Made by a program: the position numbers and the translations under genes
Notes under the pieces: generated by a model
Seen by the model: the letters and a program-made list of their open reading frames with translations, nothing else
Told to the model about the DNA's origin: nothing
Database searches by the model: none
Part shown: in pieces, positions 17,068 through 25,901 of the stretch
How positions within the stretch are numbered: the stretch's first letter is position 1
How the letters are laid out: each line of letters begins with the position of its first letter
Assembly: GCA_037916615.1 (NCBI GenBank)
Contig: JBAIXM010000051.1
Location: 10,228-74,227 of the forward strand
Origin: Bryobacterales bacterium
GTDB lineage: Bacteria; Acidobacteriota; Terriglobia; Bryobacterales; Bryobacteraceae
DNA: 64,000 bases
Direction: 5' to 3'

Positions 17068-19266
17068 TCACTGCTTGCGCGGCTCCGAAACGGCCCCTGA
17101 GAGCTCGAGAGCTCGCGCTCTGACGCCGCGCAGATCGATCTTGCCGGTTCCCAGCACGGGTAGCTCCTGCACTTGATGAATGTTTTCGAGCTTGGGCAGC
17201 CACAACTTGGGCAGATCGGTATCGGATAAGCGCCGCCAGAGATCCTCGGGTGTGAGGTCTGCGTGCGTGTAGAGGACGGCGAGTTTTTCGCCCTTGCGCT
17301 CGTCGGGAAGGCCCGTCACTGCGCAGGGGGCGTCGCCGCAGGTTTTCGCGATGAGCTCTTCGACCAGCAGATGCGGGACCATTTCGCCTCCAACCTTGCT
17401 GAATCGCGCAATGCGATCGGTGATCGAGAGAAACCCGTCTTCGTCCACTCTGGCCATGTCGCCCGTGATGTACCAGCCTTCGTGGAAAACCTGGGCAGTG
17501 CGTTCCGGATCTTTGAGGTAGCCGCGCATCCGGTTCGGGCCTTTCACCAGCAGCAGTCCTGCTTCTCCGGGCGGAAGCGGCTGCTTCGTTTCCGGGTCCA
17601 CGATGCGTACCGACACACCGGGAATCGGAAGCCCCACGGTTCCATGCTTTGCGCCGATCTGGATTTCCTTGCCCTGGCGATAATCCGGCGTGTTCACTGC
17701 CACAACCGGCGACATCTCCGTCATGCCGTAGCCTTCCAGCAGATCGATGCCGAATGTCTGCTCGAACTCCTTGCGCAGGGGTTCGCGGAGCTTTTCGGCG
17801 CCCACCACCACGAAACGCAGCGATGCGAATTGCTCGCGGGTGCACTTGCGCATGTAGGTTCCGCAAAAAGTCGGCGTCGATAGAAGGAACGTGCCTTTGT
17901 ATTTGTGGATCAGCTCGCCGATGGTTTTCGCGTCGGTCGGATTGGGGTGGTACACGACGCCGCCGCCGGTAAACAGCGGGAGCCAGATGGTCGCCATGAA
18001 TCCGAACGAATGAAAGAACGGCAGGACCCCGATGATCCGGTCGCGCTCGTCGAGCGCAAAGAGCTGCAGCACCGCATCCACGTTGGTCGCGATGTTGAAA
18101 TGCGACAACATGATGCCCTTGGGAACTCCGGTGCTGCCGCTGGTGAAGAGTACAGTAGCCAGGTCGTTGGGATCGCCGGTGGGAACAAGCCATCGCGCCG
18201 GAAGCAGTTTGGCTTTGATCAGGGCCCGCAGTTTTGCCGCTTTGCCGAGCGAAGCCAGGATGTCCTCTAAGTAAACGGAGCCCTTCGGGGCCTCAAGTTT
18301 CGCTCTTGTCAAGAAGGCCTTGGACGTGATCACCGTCCGGATTTCACACTGCTCGGCCGCGTAGGCCATCGCTTCCGCGCCGCCGGTAAAATTCAGGTTC
18401 ACCGGAACCTTGCCCGCGAGCGACACGCCCAGGTTCGCCAGCGCTCCGCCGACGGTCGCGGGAAGCAGCAGGCCAATCATCTTTTCGGAGTCCGCCCTTC
18501 GGCGGACCTCTTCCGCGAGCAGCAAAGCCGCAGTAAGTGCGCGGCCGTAGGTCAGCTCACGGCCCATGGAATCCGCCATGGCGAAGTATCCCCAATGACG
18601 GCGGGCCAGCCGAACGAACCGGGCCGGTAACGTTGCGCCGGGCTCGCGCGTAAGTCCGGCGGCATCGCTGCCCAGTTCTTCCACGACCTGGCGCGCGGCG
18701 AGCGCGGTCACGGGCGCGGGCAGGGGCGGGCCGAACGACACCGTGACCCGGTAGGGCCAGGATCGCGAATTTTTCCCGAAAAACTGTCCACCGGCGAAGC
18801 TGAAGGGGCTGCCCCAGACTCGATCCAGGTGAACCGGAATCACCGGAACGTCCAATCCTTCGATCACCTTTTCCATGCCGCGCCTGAACGGCAGCATGTT
18901 TCCGGTGCGGGTCACTGCGCCTTCCGGGAAGATGCAGACGACGTGCCCGGCCTCCAGTTCCCGGCGCGCCGACTGGATGGCGGCGGTCATCGCCCGAGGG
19001 CCCGAAAGGTCGATCGGAATCGTGCGCAGAGCGCGCAATAGCGGCCGCAGGGCCCAGTGCTCGTAATACGGCCGCCAAATCATGAACCGGACGTGCCGGT
19101 GCCGCGCGGCCCATCCGACAAGAAAGCCGTCCATGAACGAAACGTGGTTGGAGGCCAGCAGCGCGCCGCCTTTCTGTGGAACGTTTTCGGCCCCGACGAT
19201 CCGAACGCGATAGAACAGCGCGATCAGGCAGCGGACGCCGAGACGCACCAGAAACAGCGGGATCAC
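17068..19266 (-). CDS. bifunctional lysophospholipid acyltransferase / acyl-ACP (AMP-forming) synthetase, Aas-like
   Basis: N-terminal PlsC HX4D motif NHVSFMD. C-terminal adenylation motifs TSGSTGVPKG, GYGMTE, GWYITGD. Confidence 0.88.
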   Translation of the reverse strand: MIPLFLVRLGVRCLIALFYRVRIVGAENVPQKGGALLASNHVSFMDGFLVGWAARHRHVRFMIWRPYYEHWALRPLLRALRTIPIDLSGPRAMTAAIQSARRELEAGHVVCIFPEGAVTRTGNMLPFRRGMEKVIEGLDVPVIPVHLDRVWGSPFSFAGGQFFGKNSRSWPYRVTVSFGPPLPAPVTALAARQVVEELGSDAAGLTREPGATLPARFVRLARRHWGYFAMADSMGRELTYGRALTAALLLAEEVRRRADSEKMIGLLLPATVGGALANLGVSLAGKVPVNLNFTGGAEAMAYAAEQCEIRTVITSKAFLTRAKLEAPKGSVYLEDILASLGKAAKLRALIKAKLLPARWLVPTGDPNDLATVLFTSGSTGVPKGIMLSHFNIATNVDAVLQLFALDERDRIIGVLPFFHSFGFMATIWLPLFTGGGVVYHPNPTDAKTIGELIHKYKGTFLLSTPTFCGTYMRKCTREQFASLRFVVVGAEKLREPLRKEFEQTFGIDLLEGYGMTEMSPVVAVNTPDYRQGKEIQIGAKHGTVGLPIPGVSVRIVDPETKQPLPPGEAGLLLVKGPNRMRGYLKDPERTAQVFHEGWYITGDMARVDEDGFLSITDRIARFSKVGGEMVPHLLVEELIAKTCGDAPCAVTGLPDERKGEKLAVLYTHADLTPEDLWRRLSDTDLPKLWLPKLENIHQVQELPVLGTGKIDLRGVRARALELSGAVSEPRKQ

Positions 19267-19400
19267 ACGAATAGTGTAAGCCGGGAGATGGCGAGTGTTG
19301 AACCACTGAATGTTGAACGGGGCACACGCGCCAGCTTATCCTCTAGAAAGTGGACATTGCTCGCACGAGCGGTTCGCGCGCAGAGGGGAAAGAGGAAAAC

Positions 19401-20285
19401 GTGAAACTGACTGGCAGAACCTGCCCGCTGGCGGTGTGTCTGGCAATGTGTGCGGGTTGGAGTTCGAGCGTATCGGCGCAGCAGGCCCCCGCAGCGCAGC
19501 CGGCCGGCGCCCCACAGGCTCCGGCGCAACAGACTTCCGCCCAACAGGCTCCGGCACAGCCGCAGGAGCCCGAAAATCTAGACCGGATGCTTTCGATCTC
19601 GCTGTATGATTGGCTTCCGTACGGAGGGCCGTTCCTGCGCGGCGGAGCGAAAGCCGTCGTTCCCCCGTCCCATGATCTGAAGCTGCCCAAGCGACCCTCG
19701 CGCGCTTACGCGGCTCTGGTCACCATGCCCATGAAGGGAAACACGCGTCTGGAAGTGTCTTATCTGACGCTTGGCGATTCGGGCCATGGGACGGCTCCAA
19801 CCGATCTGGGCGCCTTCGGAGGGACGATTTCGCAGGGCGAACCGCTCTTTCTGAAGTACAGTCTTCGGCAATTGAAAGTCAGCTGGAATTACCTGACCTA
19901 TCCGAATCCGCCGCAGGATTCCAAGTTTCGCATCAAGACGCTTTGGGAGCTCCACTGGTTCCAGCTGAAGCCTTCGGTGACGCTGACGGTGACCGCTCCC
20001 GATCAGCCGCTGACGGAGAGCCAAAGGATCATCATGCCCGCGGTGGGCATGGGTTTTGAGTACGTGCCCTCCCATCACTTCCGCATTGAGGGGCGTGGAT
20101 CGGGGATGGGCATCCCAAGCCACCCGGCCGTGGGAGACGCTGACGTCACAATTGTCGGGCGCATTCGCAAGGTGGAAATTTTCGGCGGCGGCAAGGCATT
20201 GTACTTCCGGACCTCGCCGCAGAAAGAGACGTTCATCAAAGGCTTCCTGTGGGGACCGTACGCAGGGCTGCGGTGGGTGTTCTAG
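19401..20285 (+). CDS. hypothetical outer-membrane beta-barrel-like protein with Q/A/P-rich linker
   Basis: GTG 19401 preceded by GAAAGAGGAAAA. Signal peptide CPLAVCLAMCAGWSSSVSAQ and low-complexity region QQAPAAQPAGAPQAPAQQTSAQQAPAQPQEP. Alternating beta pattern and terminal ...GLRWVF aromatic residue typical of OMPs. Confidence 0.6.
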   Translation: MKLTGRTCPLAVCLAMCAGWSSSVSAQQAPAAQPAGAPQAPAQQTSAQQAPAQPQEPENLDRMLSISLYDWLPYGGPFLRGGAKAVVPPSHDLKLPKRPSRAYAALVTMPMKGNTRLEVSYLTLGDSGHGTAPTDLGAFGGTISQGEPLFLKYSLRQLKVSWNYLTYPNPPQDSKFRIKTLWELHWFQLKPSVTLTVTAPDQPLTESQRIIMPAVGMGFEYVPSHHFRIEGRGSGMGIPSHPAVGDADVTIVGRIRKVEIFGGGKALYFRTSPQKETFIKGFLWGPYAGLRWVF

Positions 20286-21118
20286 ATCGAGCACCGCGCG
20301 AGGATCCAGAGCTTTTCCCACGTAGGCACGCGCACCCGCGTTGCCAGCACCTGGTAGCCGGAGTTTGAGATGCGCTCCAGCAGCCGCGAATAGATTTGAA
20401 TCAGAGCCTTGAGAGACGCGCGGCTGTGCTTGTCGACCATCCGGACCAGCGGCTCGGACTGCCGGTAGAAATCGCGCGCGCGGTCGGCTTCGAAGCGCAG
20501 CAAATCCCGTAGCGGACGGGACAGGACTTCTCCGGAGAGTTCGCGTTCGCTGACGCCGAAGCGCTTCAGATCCTCGGCGGGCAGATAGACACGGCCATTC
20601 TCCGCGTCTTCGCGCACGTCCCTCAGAATGTTGGTGAGCTGAAAGGCGACGCCGCATTTCTCGGCGAGTTGCAACGCGGCGGGATCCTTGAACCCGAAGA
20701 CGTGAATGATCGTGAGGCCCACGACGCTGGCGACGTGGTAGCAGTAATCGTAAAGATCGTCAAACGTCTGGATGTGTCTCGGTTCCAGATCCGACCGCAC
20801 GCCCCGGATCATGTCGCGGAAATACTGGTGAGGGATGCGGTAGCGCGCGACGGCATCGGAAAAAGCGGGCCATAAAGGATGCGCGGGATGGCTGCCCGCC
20901 AGCGCGGTTTCCAGGTCGGCTTCCCAGCGCGCAATGGCGGCAGGACGGTCGATAACCCCCTCAGCGTCGCTCAGGTCGTCGCAATAGCGCATGAACGCGT
21001 ATATCGCGCACATGGCCTGCCTCTGGGGACGCGAGAGCAGAAGGAACGAATAGTAGAAGTTCTTGGCCTGCGTTCGCGCGACTCGTTCGCAGAAGGAGTA
21101 CGACTGCTCGAGCGTCAT
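20282..21118 (-). CDS. hpnD: presqualene diphosphate synthase (squalene/phytoene synthase family)
   Basis: Real start ATG 21118 (MTLEQSYSFCERVARTQAKNFYYSF...). Asp-rich motif YAFMRYCDDLSD and a second DxxxD region ILRDVREDAENGRVYLP. The 229-codon upstream extension is Arg/Gly/Pro junk. Confidence 0.85.
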   Translation of the reverse strand: MTLEQSYSFCERVARTQAKNFYYSFLLLSRPQRQAMCAIYAFMRYCDDLSDAEGVIDRPAAIARWEADLETALAGSHPAHPLWPAFSDAVARYRIPHQYFRDMIRGVRSDLEPRHIQTFDDLYDYCYHVASVVGLTIIHVFGFKDPAALQLAEKCGVAFQLTNILRDVREDAENGRVYLPAEDLKRFGVSERELSGEVLSRPLRDLLRFEADRARDFYRQSEPLVRMVDKHSRASLKALIQIYSRLLERISNSGYQVLATRVRVPTWEKLWILARCSI

Positions 21119-21138
21119 GTCTCCGCCGCGTTCCGCAT

Positions 21139-22068
21139 TCAGGCAGCCCTGGAAAACGCCCGCCGCCCGATCGCGCCCAAAAGCAGCCCCACTCGTTCCA
21201 ATTTGGAGATCGCCGGCCTGGAAGTCAGAACATCGCAACCCTGCTGCTCGATCTTCTCCAGAACCCGCAGGCCGCCGCGGCTGAACAGTTCGAGATCGAT
21301 GGCCAGGCGGCGGTCGACCGAGTCGGCCAGGGGCAGGCCGCGGAGAAAAAGCTCGCGCGCGACATTCACGGCCTCCTGCATGGCCGCGCGGAATCTTTGA
21401 TCGAACTGGCGGGCAAACAGGGCCTCGATCGGATACCCGTGCGCTTCCAGCAAATCCAACGGCAGGTACACCCGGTCCTTTGCCAGGTCGACCGTGACAT
21501 CCTGCCAGAAATTGGCAAGCTGGAGGGCGGTGCAGGTGGCGTCGGATAGCGCCTGTCTCTCGGCATCGCGATATCCACAAAGCCCGAGCACCAGCCGGCC
21601 CACGGGATTGGCGGAATACCGGCAGTACTCGAACAGCTCCTCGAAATTGCGGTAGCGCGTGACGGTCTGATCCTGCTCGAAAGCCCGGATTAAATCGTCG
21701 AACGGCTGAACCGGCAGCGAAAATTCGCGAACCGTCCCCTCCAGAGCCACGAAAACGGGATGCTGCGCCTGGCCCGCGCACATCGCCTGGAGCTGGTTCC
21801 GCCACCAGCCAAGCAAACGAAGGCTCTCAGCCGTGTTGCCGACTTCGTCGCCCAGGTCGTCGGCCCAGCGGCAGAATGCGTAGATGTTATAGAAGTCCTG
21901 GTGCAGCCGCTTGGGAAGCAGCACGCTCACCACATGAAAGTTCTCGTAGTGATGGGTCGCCAGCCAGCGGGTATAACCGCGGGCCTCATCCGGCGACCAG
22001 CTCCGCTCCATGGCGCTGCGCGAGGCGAGAAACTGAATCGGGTATAAAAATGTGTCGGGAAAAGACAC
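21139..22068 (-). CDS. hpnC: hydroxysqualene synthase (squalene synthase HpnC)
   Basis: HYENFHVVSVLLP, YAFCRWADDLGDE, NFWQDVTVDLAKDRVYLP. Lies directly upstream of hpnD with a 20-nt gap. Confidence 0.85.
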   Translation of the reverse strand: MSFPDTFLYPIQFLASRSAMERSWSPDEARGYTRWLATHHYENFHVVSVLLPKRLHQDFYNIYAFCRWADDLGDEVGNTAESLRLLGWWRNQLQAMCAGQAQHPVFVALEGTVREFSLPVQPFDDLIRAFEQDQTVTRYRNFEELFEYCRYSANPVGRLVLGLCGYRDAERQALSDATCTALQLANFWQDVTVDLAKDRVYLPLDLLEAHGYPIEALFARQFDQRFRAAMQEAVNVARELFLRGLPLADSVDRRLAIDLELFSRGGLRVLEKIEQQGCDVLTSRPAISKLERVGLLLGAIGRRAFSRAA

Positions 22069-22084
22069 TGAGCCGGCGGCTCCT

Positions 22085-23137
22085 CTACGGGATGATCGCG
22101 GTCTTGAGGTGGCCGTTGTGGCTCATCAGGTGCTGCATGACTTCGAGCAGATTCGATAGCGGCTCCACGCGGTTCACGAAATCGCGCGCGGTGACGCGTC
22201 CGCGGCTGATGATCTCCAGCGCCTGGCGAATCAGGGCGGGCGTGTGATGGAAGCTGGCTTTGAGCGTTAGTTCCGAGTAGTGAAGCCGTCCGGTATCGAC
22301 CGGGACTTCGGTCCCATCGGGGCAGCCGCCGAAAAAATTGACCACGCCTCCGCGGCGCAGCAAGCGCGTTGCGAGTTGCCAGACCTCAGGAAGCCCCACG
22401 GCTTCGATGACAACGTCTGCGCCCCGGCCGCCGGTCAGATTTTGTACGGGGCTGACCACGTCGGAACCTTCCTCGTTCAAAACCACCTCATCGGCGCCCA
22501 TTCCCGCGGCACGATCCAGCTGCGAGCGCCGCCGCCCGATGGCGATGACGCGCGCTTCGTACACCGCTTTGGCGAGGCGAACGAACATCATGCCGATCGG
22601 TCCGAGTCCGATGACCGCAATGGTGTCGCCGGGCCGCACGCCGGTTTCTTCCAGCCCGCGCATCACGCAAGCCAGGGGTTCCACCAGCGCCGCATCCTGG
22701 TAACTGACGTGGGGCGGAATTTCATGCATGTTCCGGGAAACGATCCGTTCCGGAATGCGAATGAATTCGGCATAGGCTCCGTTGTTAAACAGCAGATCTT
22801 CGCACAGGTTTTCCTGGTCGCGCTGGCAATAGAAACAGGCCCCGCACGGAGCGGAATTAGCGGCCACCACACGCTGGCCGACGCGGAATCGAGTGACATC
22901 GCTGCCAACGGCGGCCACATCGCCCGCCAGTTCGTGCCCGAAAAGCGCCGGCGGACGGATCATTTTGGCGTGGTAGCCGCGCCGGAACACCTTGACGTCG
23001 GTTCCGCACGTCAGCGCGGCCCGAACGCGTACCAGTACGTCCCCGCGGCCCAGTTTGGGAACTTCCACCCGCTCGATGCGCAACTGCTCCCTGCCGTAGA
23101 GCACAGCCGCGCTCATCTGTTGCGTGTCTGGAGTCAT
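22085..23137 (-). CDS. Zn-dependent medium-chain dehydrogenase/reductase (sorbitol/threonine dehydrogenase-like)
   Basis: Catalytic Zn ligands TCGTDVK and GHE. Structural Zn cluster CGACFYCQRDQENLC. Rossmann GLGPIGM. The ATG overlaps the stop of the upstream ADH (ATGA). Confidence 0.88.
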   Translation of the reverse strand: MTPDTQQMSAAVLYGREQLRIERVEVPKLGRGDVLVRVRAALTCGTDVKVFRRGYHAKMIRPPALFGHELAGDVAAVGSDVTRFRVGQRVVAANSAPCGACFYCQRDQENLCEDLLFNNGAYAEFIRIPERIVSRNMHEIPPHVSYQDAALVEPLACVMRGLEETGVRPGDTIAVIGLGPIGMMFVRLAKAVYEARVIAIGRRRSQLDRAAGMGADEVVLNEEGSDVVSPVQNLTGGRGADVVIEAVGLPEVWQLATRLLRRGGVVNFFGGCPDGTEVPVDTGRLHYSELTLKASFHHTPALIRQALEIISRGRVTARDFVNRVEPLSNLLEVMQHLMSHNGHLKTAIIP

Positions 23138-24183
23138 CTTTGTGGCTGGACCACTATCTTTAACGATACCTCATCCGGGTGCAGAGCGCGTTCAATCCCG
23201 CGATGAATGTCGTTTAATGACACGCGGTGCGTGACTAGTTCCTGGACCGGAAATTGTCCAGAAAAAACCAGATCGGCCGATTCCCTTTGAACATCCACCG
23301 ATGCGCTGTAGGAGCCGAAAATCGTGCGTTCCCCCACGCACACGTCCGCTCCGGATACTTCGATGCGTTCCTGATGCGATGTTTGCGCAAAGAGAAGAAT
23401 TCGCGCGCCCGGGCGCGAGCACGCCACGGCTTGTTGCACGATGCCGGGCGCGGAAGCGGCCACGATTACCAGGTCGGCGCCGCGCCCCGCCGTCATCCCT
23501 TTCACGCGAGCTTCGAATTTCTCATCGCGCGGATCCAATGCGTCCTGCACGCCCAGGCTCAGCGCGAGCCCCCGCCGGCTGGTCATCGTATCCGTGACAA
23601 TCACGCGAGCGCCGCTGCGCACCGCCATCATCGTGAAGATCAGGCCGATGGGACCTTGGCCGAGGATCGCAATCACGTCCTCGGGCTGCGGATCGAGTTG
23701 CTTGAATCCCTTCAGGCAGGTGTTCACAGGTTCCACGAAACAGGCCTGGTCGAAGCTGATCCCTTTTGGAATAATCTCCACGCCGCGCTCGACGATCCAG
23801 TCCATCACACGCACGTATTGCGCGAAGCCGCCGCCGGCGGGTTCGAATCCCGCGGTCACGCCCACTTTTTTGTACACCGGACACTGCGCGTACAATTTCC
23901 GCAGGCAATAAAAGCACTTGCCGCACGGAATATGGTGAAACACAACCACTCGATCGCCGGGCTGAAAGCGCTTTACGCCCGTGCCTACGGCGGCGACGAT
24001 CCCCGCCGTCTCATGCCCGTAGATGCGCGGGGGGTCGAACAAATCATAGGCGATCTTCTTCAGGTCCGTATGGCAGATCCCGCAGGACTCCACTTGTATC
24101 AGGATTTCCCCAGGTCCAATCTCGGGTACGGGAATCGTTTCCACTTCCACGCGACGTTCCCCGCGGTAGACCGCCGCTCGCAT
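23134..24183 (-). CDS. Zn-dependent medium-chain dehydrogenase/reductase (second, divergent copy)
   Basis: CGICHTD, GHE, CGKCFYCLRKLYAQC, GQGPIGL. Start chosen at ATG 24183 (MRAAVYRG...). Alternatives are ATG 24204, GTG 24258 and TTG 24267; the last two overlap the hpnG stop. Confidence 0.85.
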   Translation of the reverse strand: MRAAVYRGERRVEVETIPVPEIGPGEILIQVESCGICHTDLKKIAYDLFDPPRIYGHETAGIVAAVGTGVKRFQPGDRVVVFHHIPCGKCFYCLRKLYAQCPVYKKVGVTAGFEPAGGGFAQYVRVMDWIVERGVEIIPKGISFDQACFVEPVNTCLKGFKQLDPQPEDVIAILGQGPIGLIFTMMAVRSGARVIVTDTMTSRRGLALSLGVQDALDPRDEKFEARVKGMTAGRGADLVIVAASAPGIVQQAVACSRPGARILLFAQTSHQERIEVSGADVCVGERTIFGSYSASVDVQRESADLVFSGQFPVQELVTHRVSLNDIHRGIERALHPDEVSLKIVVQPQR

Positions 24184-24247
24184 CGTTGCCGCCGGATGCG
24201 GCATTCGAACCGGATCCGGAACTGTGGCGATCGAGCCTGCCGGACTG

Positions 24248-24907
24248 CTAGTTTTCACAGTTTGCAAAGAACTCTCCTAGTCGTTCTGAGGCCTGCCGGC
24301 ACTGCCGGTCCAGCCGCATCAGGCCCGGCAGCACAGTAAATGGACGCGCCAGAGCCGCCAAAGCGATGCGCGCCTTTTTGAAGCGTCCGTCCACGTCGCG
24401 ATATCGATTGAAATCCAACGGAAGATCCTCTCCCGCGGCATCGGACACCACGCGGACACAGCCGAACGGCAGATTCCACTCGCGCGCCTTTTGGGCGACT
24501 GCCGCCGACTCCATTTCGACCACCGCTGCCCCTGTGGCCGCTCGCAATTCACGCTTTTCCCGGGCGGTGACCGCTACCCGATCAACCGATGCCACGTCCC
24601 CCTGCACACAGCGTCCGAACGCCTTGGGAACTTCACCCGATATGACGATATCACCAATTTCAAGCGCGGGGTCAAGGGCCCCGCAGAACCCGACGCTCAG
24701 GATCCCGTCCACTTCCGGTTTCCGCCCCAAGGCGCGTTCCACAAGCCTGGGACCGGGCCCATTGGCGATCAACAACCAGCGGTTCTTTTCCCGCGCAGTC
24801 ACGCGCGAAAACGCTGCGCCGGGCCACGGCAATGCCCGGACCTCGCCTGCCTGTTTGAGGATTCCGTCGAACTCGCGGGCCTCCGCGGCCACCATCAGCC
24901 AGGTCAT
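24248..24907 (-). CDS. hpnG: hopanoid-associated phosphorylase/nucleosidase (adenosylhopane nucleosidase)
   Basis: Start ATG 24907 (MTWLMVAAEAREF...). PNP/UDP phosphorylase-like core SVGFCGALDP and VVEMESAAVA. Sits between hpnA and the ADH pair. The 120-codon upstream extension was rejected. Confidence 0.8.
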   Translation of the reverse strand: MTWLMVAAEAREFDGILKQAGEVRALPWPGAAFSRVTAREKNRWLLIANGPGPRLVERALGRKPEVDGILSVGFCGALDPALEIGDIVISGEVPKAFGRCVQGDVASVDRVAVTAREKRELRAATGAAVVEMESAAVAQKAREWNLPFGCVRVVSDAAGEDLPLDFNRYRDVDGRFKKARIALAALARPFTVLPGLMRLDRQCRQASERLGEFFANCEN

Positions 24908-24912
24908 TCGCT

Positions 24913-25893
24913 TCAGCAGTATCCGTTCTCCCGGAACCACGAGACGGCGCGCCGCAACGCCTCGCTTGCCGGACCCGGCGCATATCCCAAGTCGCGGGCG
25001 GCCTTGTCGTGCCGCACCCACATCTTCTTGCGCGACATGCGGACCGCATCCAGAGGCGCCCGGGGCTCGCGTCCCGTCACACCGGCCCAGGCCGTCGAAG
25101 CGACTCCGGCGGCGTAGGCCACGGCGTAGGGAATCTGCATGCGGGGCGGCTTGCGCTCCAGAATGCCGGCCAGCGTTTCTAGAATCTGCTGGAGCGTCAT
25201 GTTTTCCGCGCCGAGAATATAGCGCTCGCCTGGCCTGCCGCGTTCGCAGGCGGCCAGATGCGCACACGCCACGTCGCGAACATCCACCACGTTGAGACCG
25301 GTGTCGACGAAAGCGGGAATCGCCCCGCGGGCGAAATCGACCACGATTTTTCCCGTCGGCGTCGGTTTAAAGTCGTGATCTCCAACCGGCGCGGTGGGGT
25401 TCACGATGATCACCGGGAAGCCGCTTTCCGCAAATTCGCGGGCCACCTGCTCGGCCATAAATTTGGAGCGCTTGTACGGGCCCTGCATGTCACTCAGAAA
25501 CGCCTCGCTACGCTCGTCTCCAATGCCGTCCGGAGTGTTTACGCCGATGCAGCCCACGGTGCTCGTGTAGACGAAGCGTTCCACGCCCGCGCGCCGGGCG
25601 GCCTCGAGCATGGCTCGAGTTCCATCGACGTTGGAGCGATACATTTCCTGGGGTTCGCGGGTCCACAGCCGGTAATCGGCGGCGACGTGGAAAACAACGC
25701 CGCAGCCCTGAACGGCGCGCGCCAGCGAATCGGGATCGCGCAGGTCTCCTTGGACCGGCTGGGCGCCGGTTAACTCGCGCAGCTTTGCGGGATCGCGCGC
25801 CAGGGCCCGGACCGAGCGCCCGCGTTCCAGCAGCGCCCGCGCCACGTGCCAGCCTACGAATCCGGTGGCTCCGGTGACCAGCGTGGGCTTCAC
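24913..25893 (-). CDS. hpnA: hopanoid-associated sugar epimerase (NAD-dependent epimerase/dehydratase family)
   Basis: VTGATGFVGWHV Rossmann motif, FHVAADYRLW, and PYKRSKFMAE (YxxxK). Confidence 0.85.
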   Translation of the reverse strand: MKPTLVTGATGFVGWHVARALLERGRSVRALARDPAKLRELTGAQPVQGDLRDPDSLARAVQGCGVVFHVAADYRLWTREPQEMYRSNVDGTRAMLEAARRAGVERFVYTSTVGCIGVNTPDGIGDERSEAFLSDMQGPYKRSKFMAEQVAREFAESGFPVIIVNPTAPVGDHDFKPTPTGKIVVDFARGAIPAFVDTGLNVVDVRDVACAHLAACERGRPGERYILGAENMTLQQILETLAGILERKPPRMQIPYAVAYAAGVASTAWAGVTGREPRAPLDAVRMSRKKMWVRHDKAARDLGYAPGPASEALRRAVSWFRENGYC

Positions 25894-25901
25894 AGCAAGA
25901 T

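Noticed and set aside
19470-19580. Repeat-like QQAPA/QAPAQ stretch
   Set aside because: It is a low-complexity Gln/Ala/Pro linker within a coding region (after the signal peptide), not a DNA repeat array or CRISPR-like structure.
19578-20657. 359-aa minus-strand ORF across the OMP-like gene and the hpnD 3' end
   Set aside because: A shadow ORF. It is Arg/Pro/Ala-rich and overlaps two better-supported genes.
21119-21805. 229-codon 5' extension of the hpnD ORF (track ORF 20282..21805)
   Set aside because: It overlaps hpnC in another frame and is Gly/Arg/Pro-rich. The squalene-synthase-family similarity starts at ATG 21118.
24908-25267. 5' extension of the hpnG ORF, and plus-strand ORF 24366..25295
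   Set aside because: The extension overlaps the hpnA 3' end and is Arg-rich. The plus-strand ORF is Ser/Arg/Pro-rich antisense noise.
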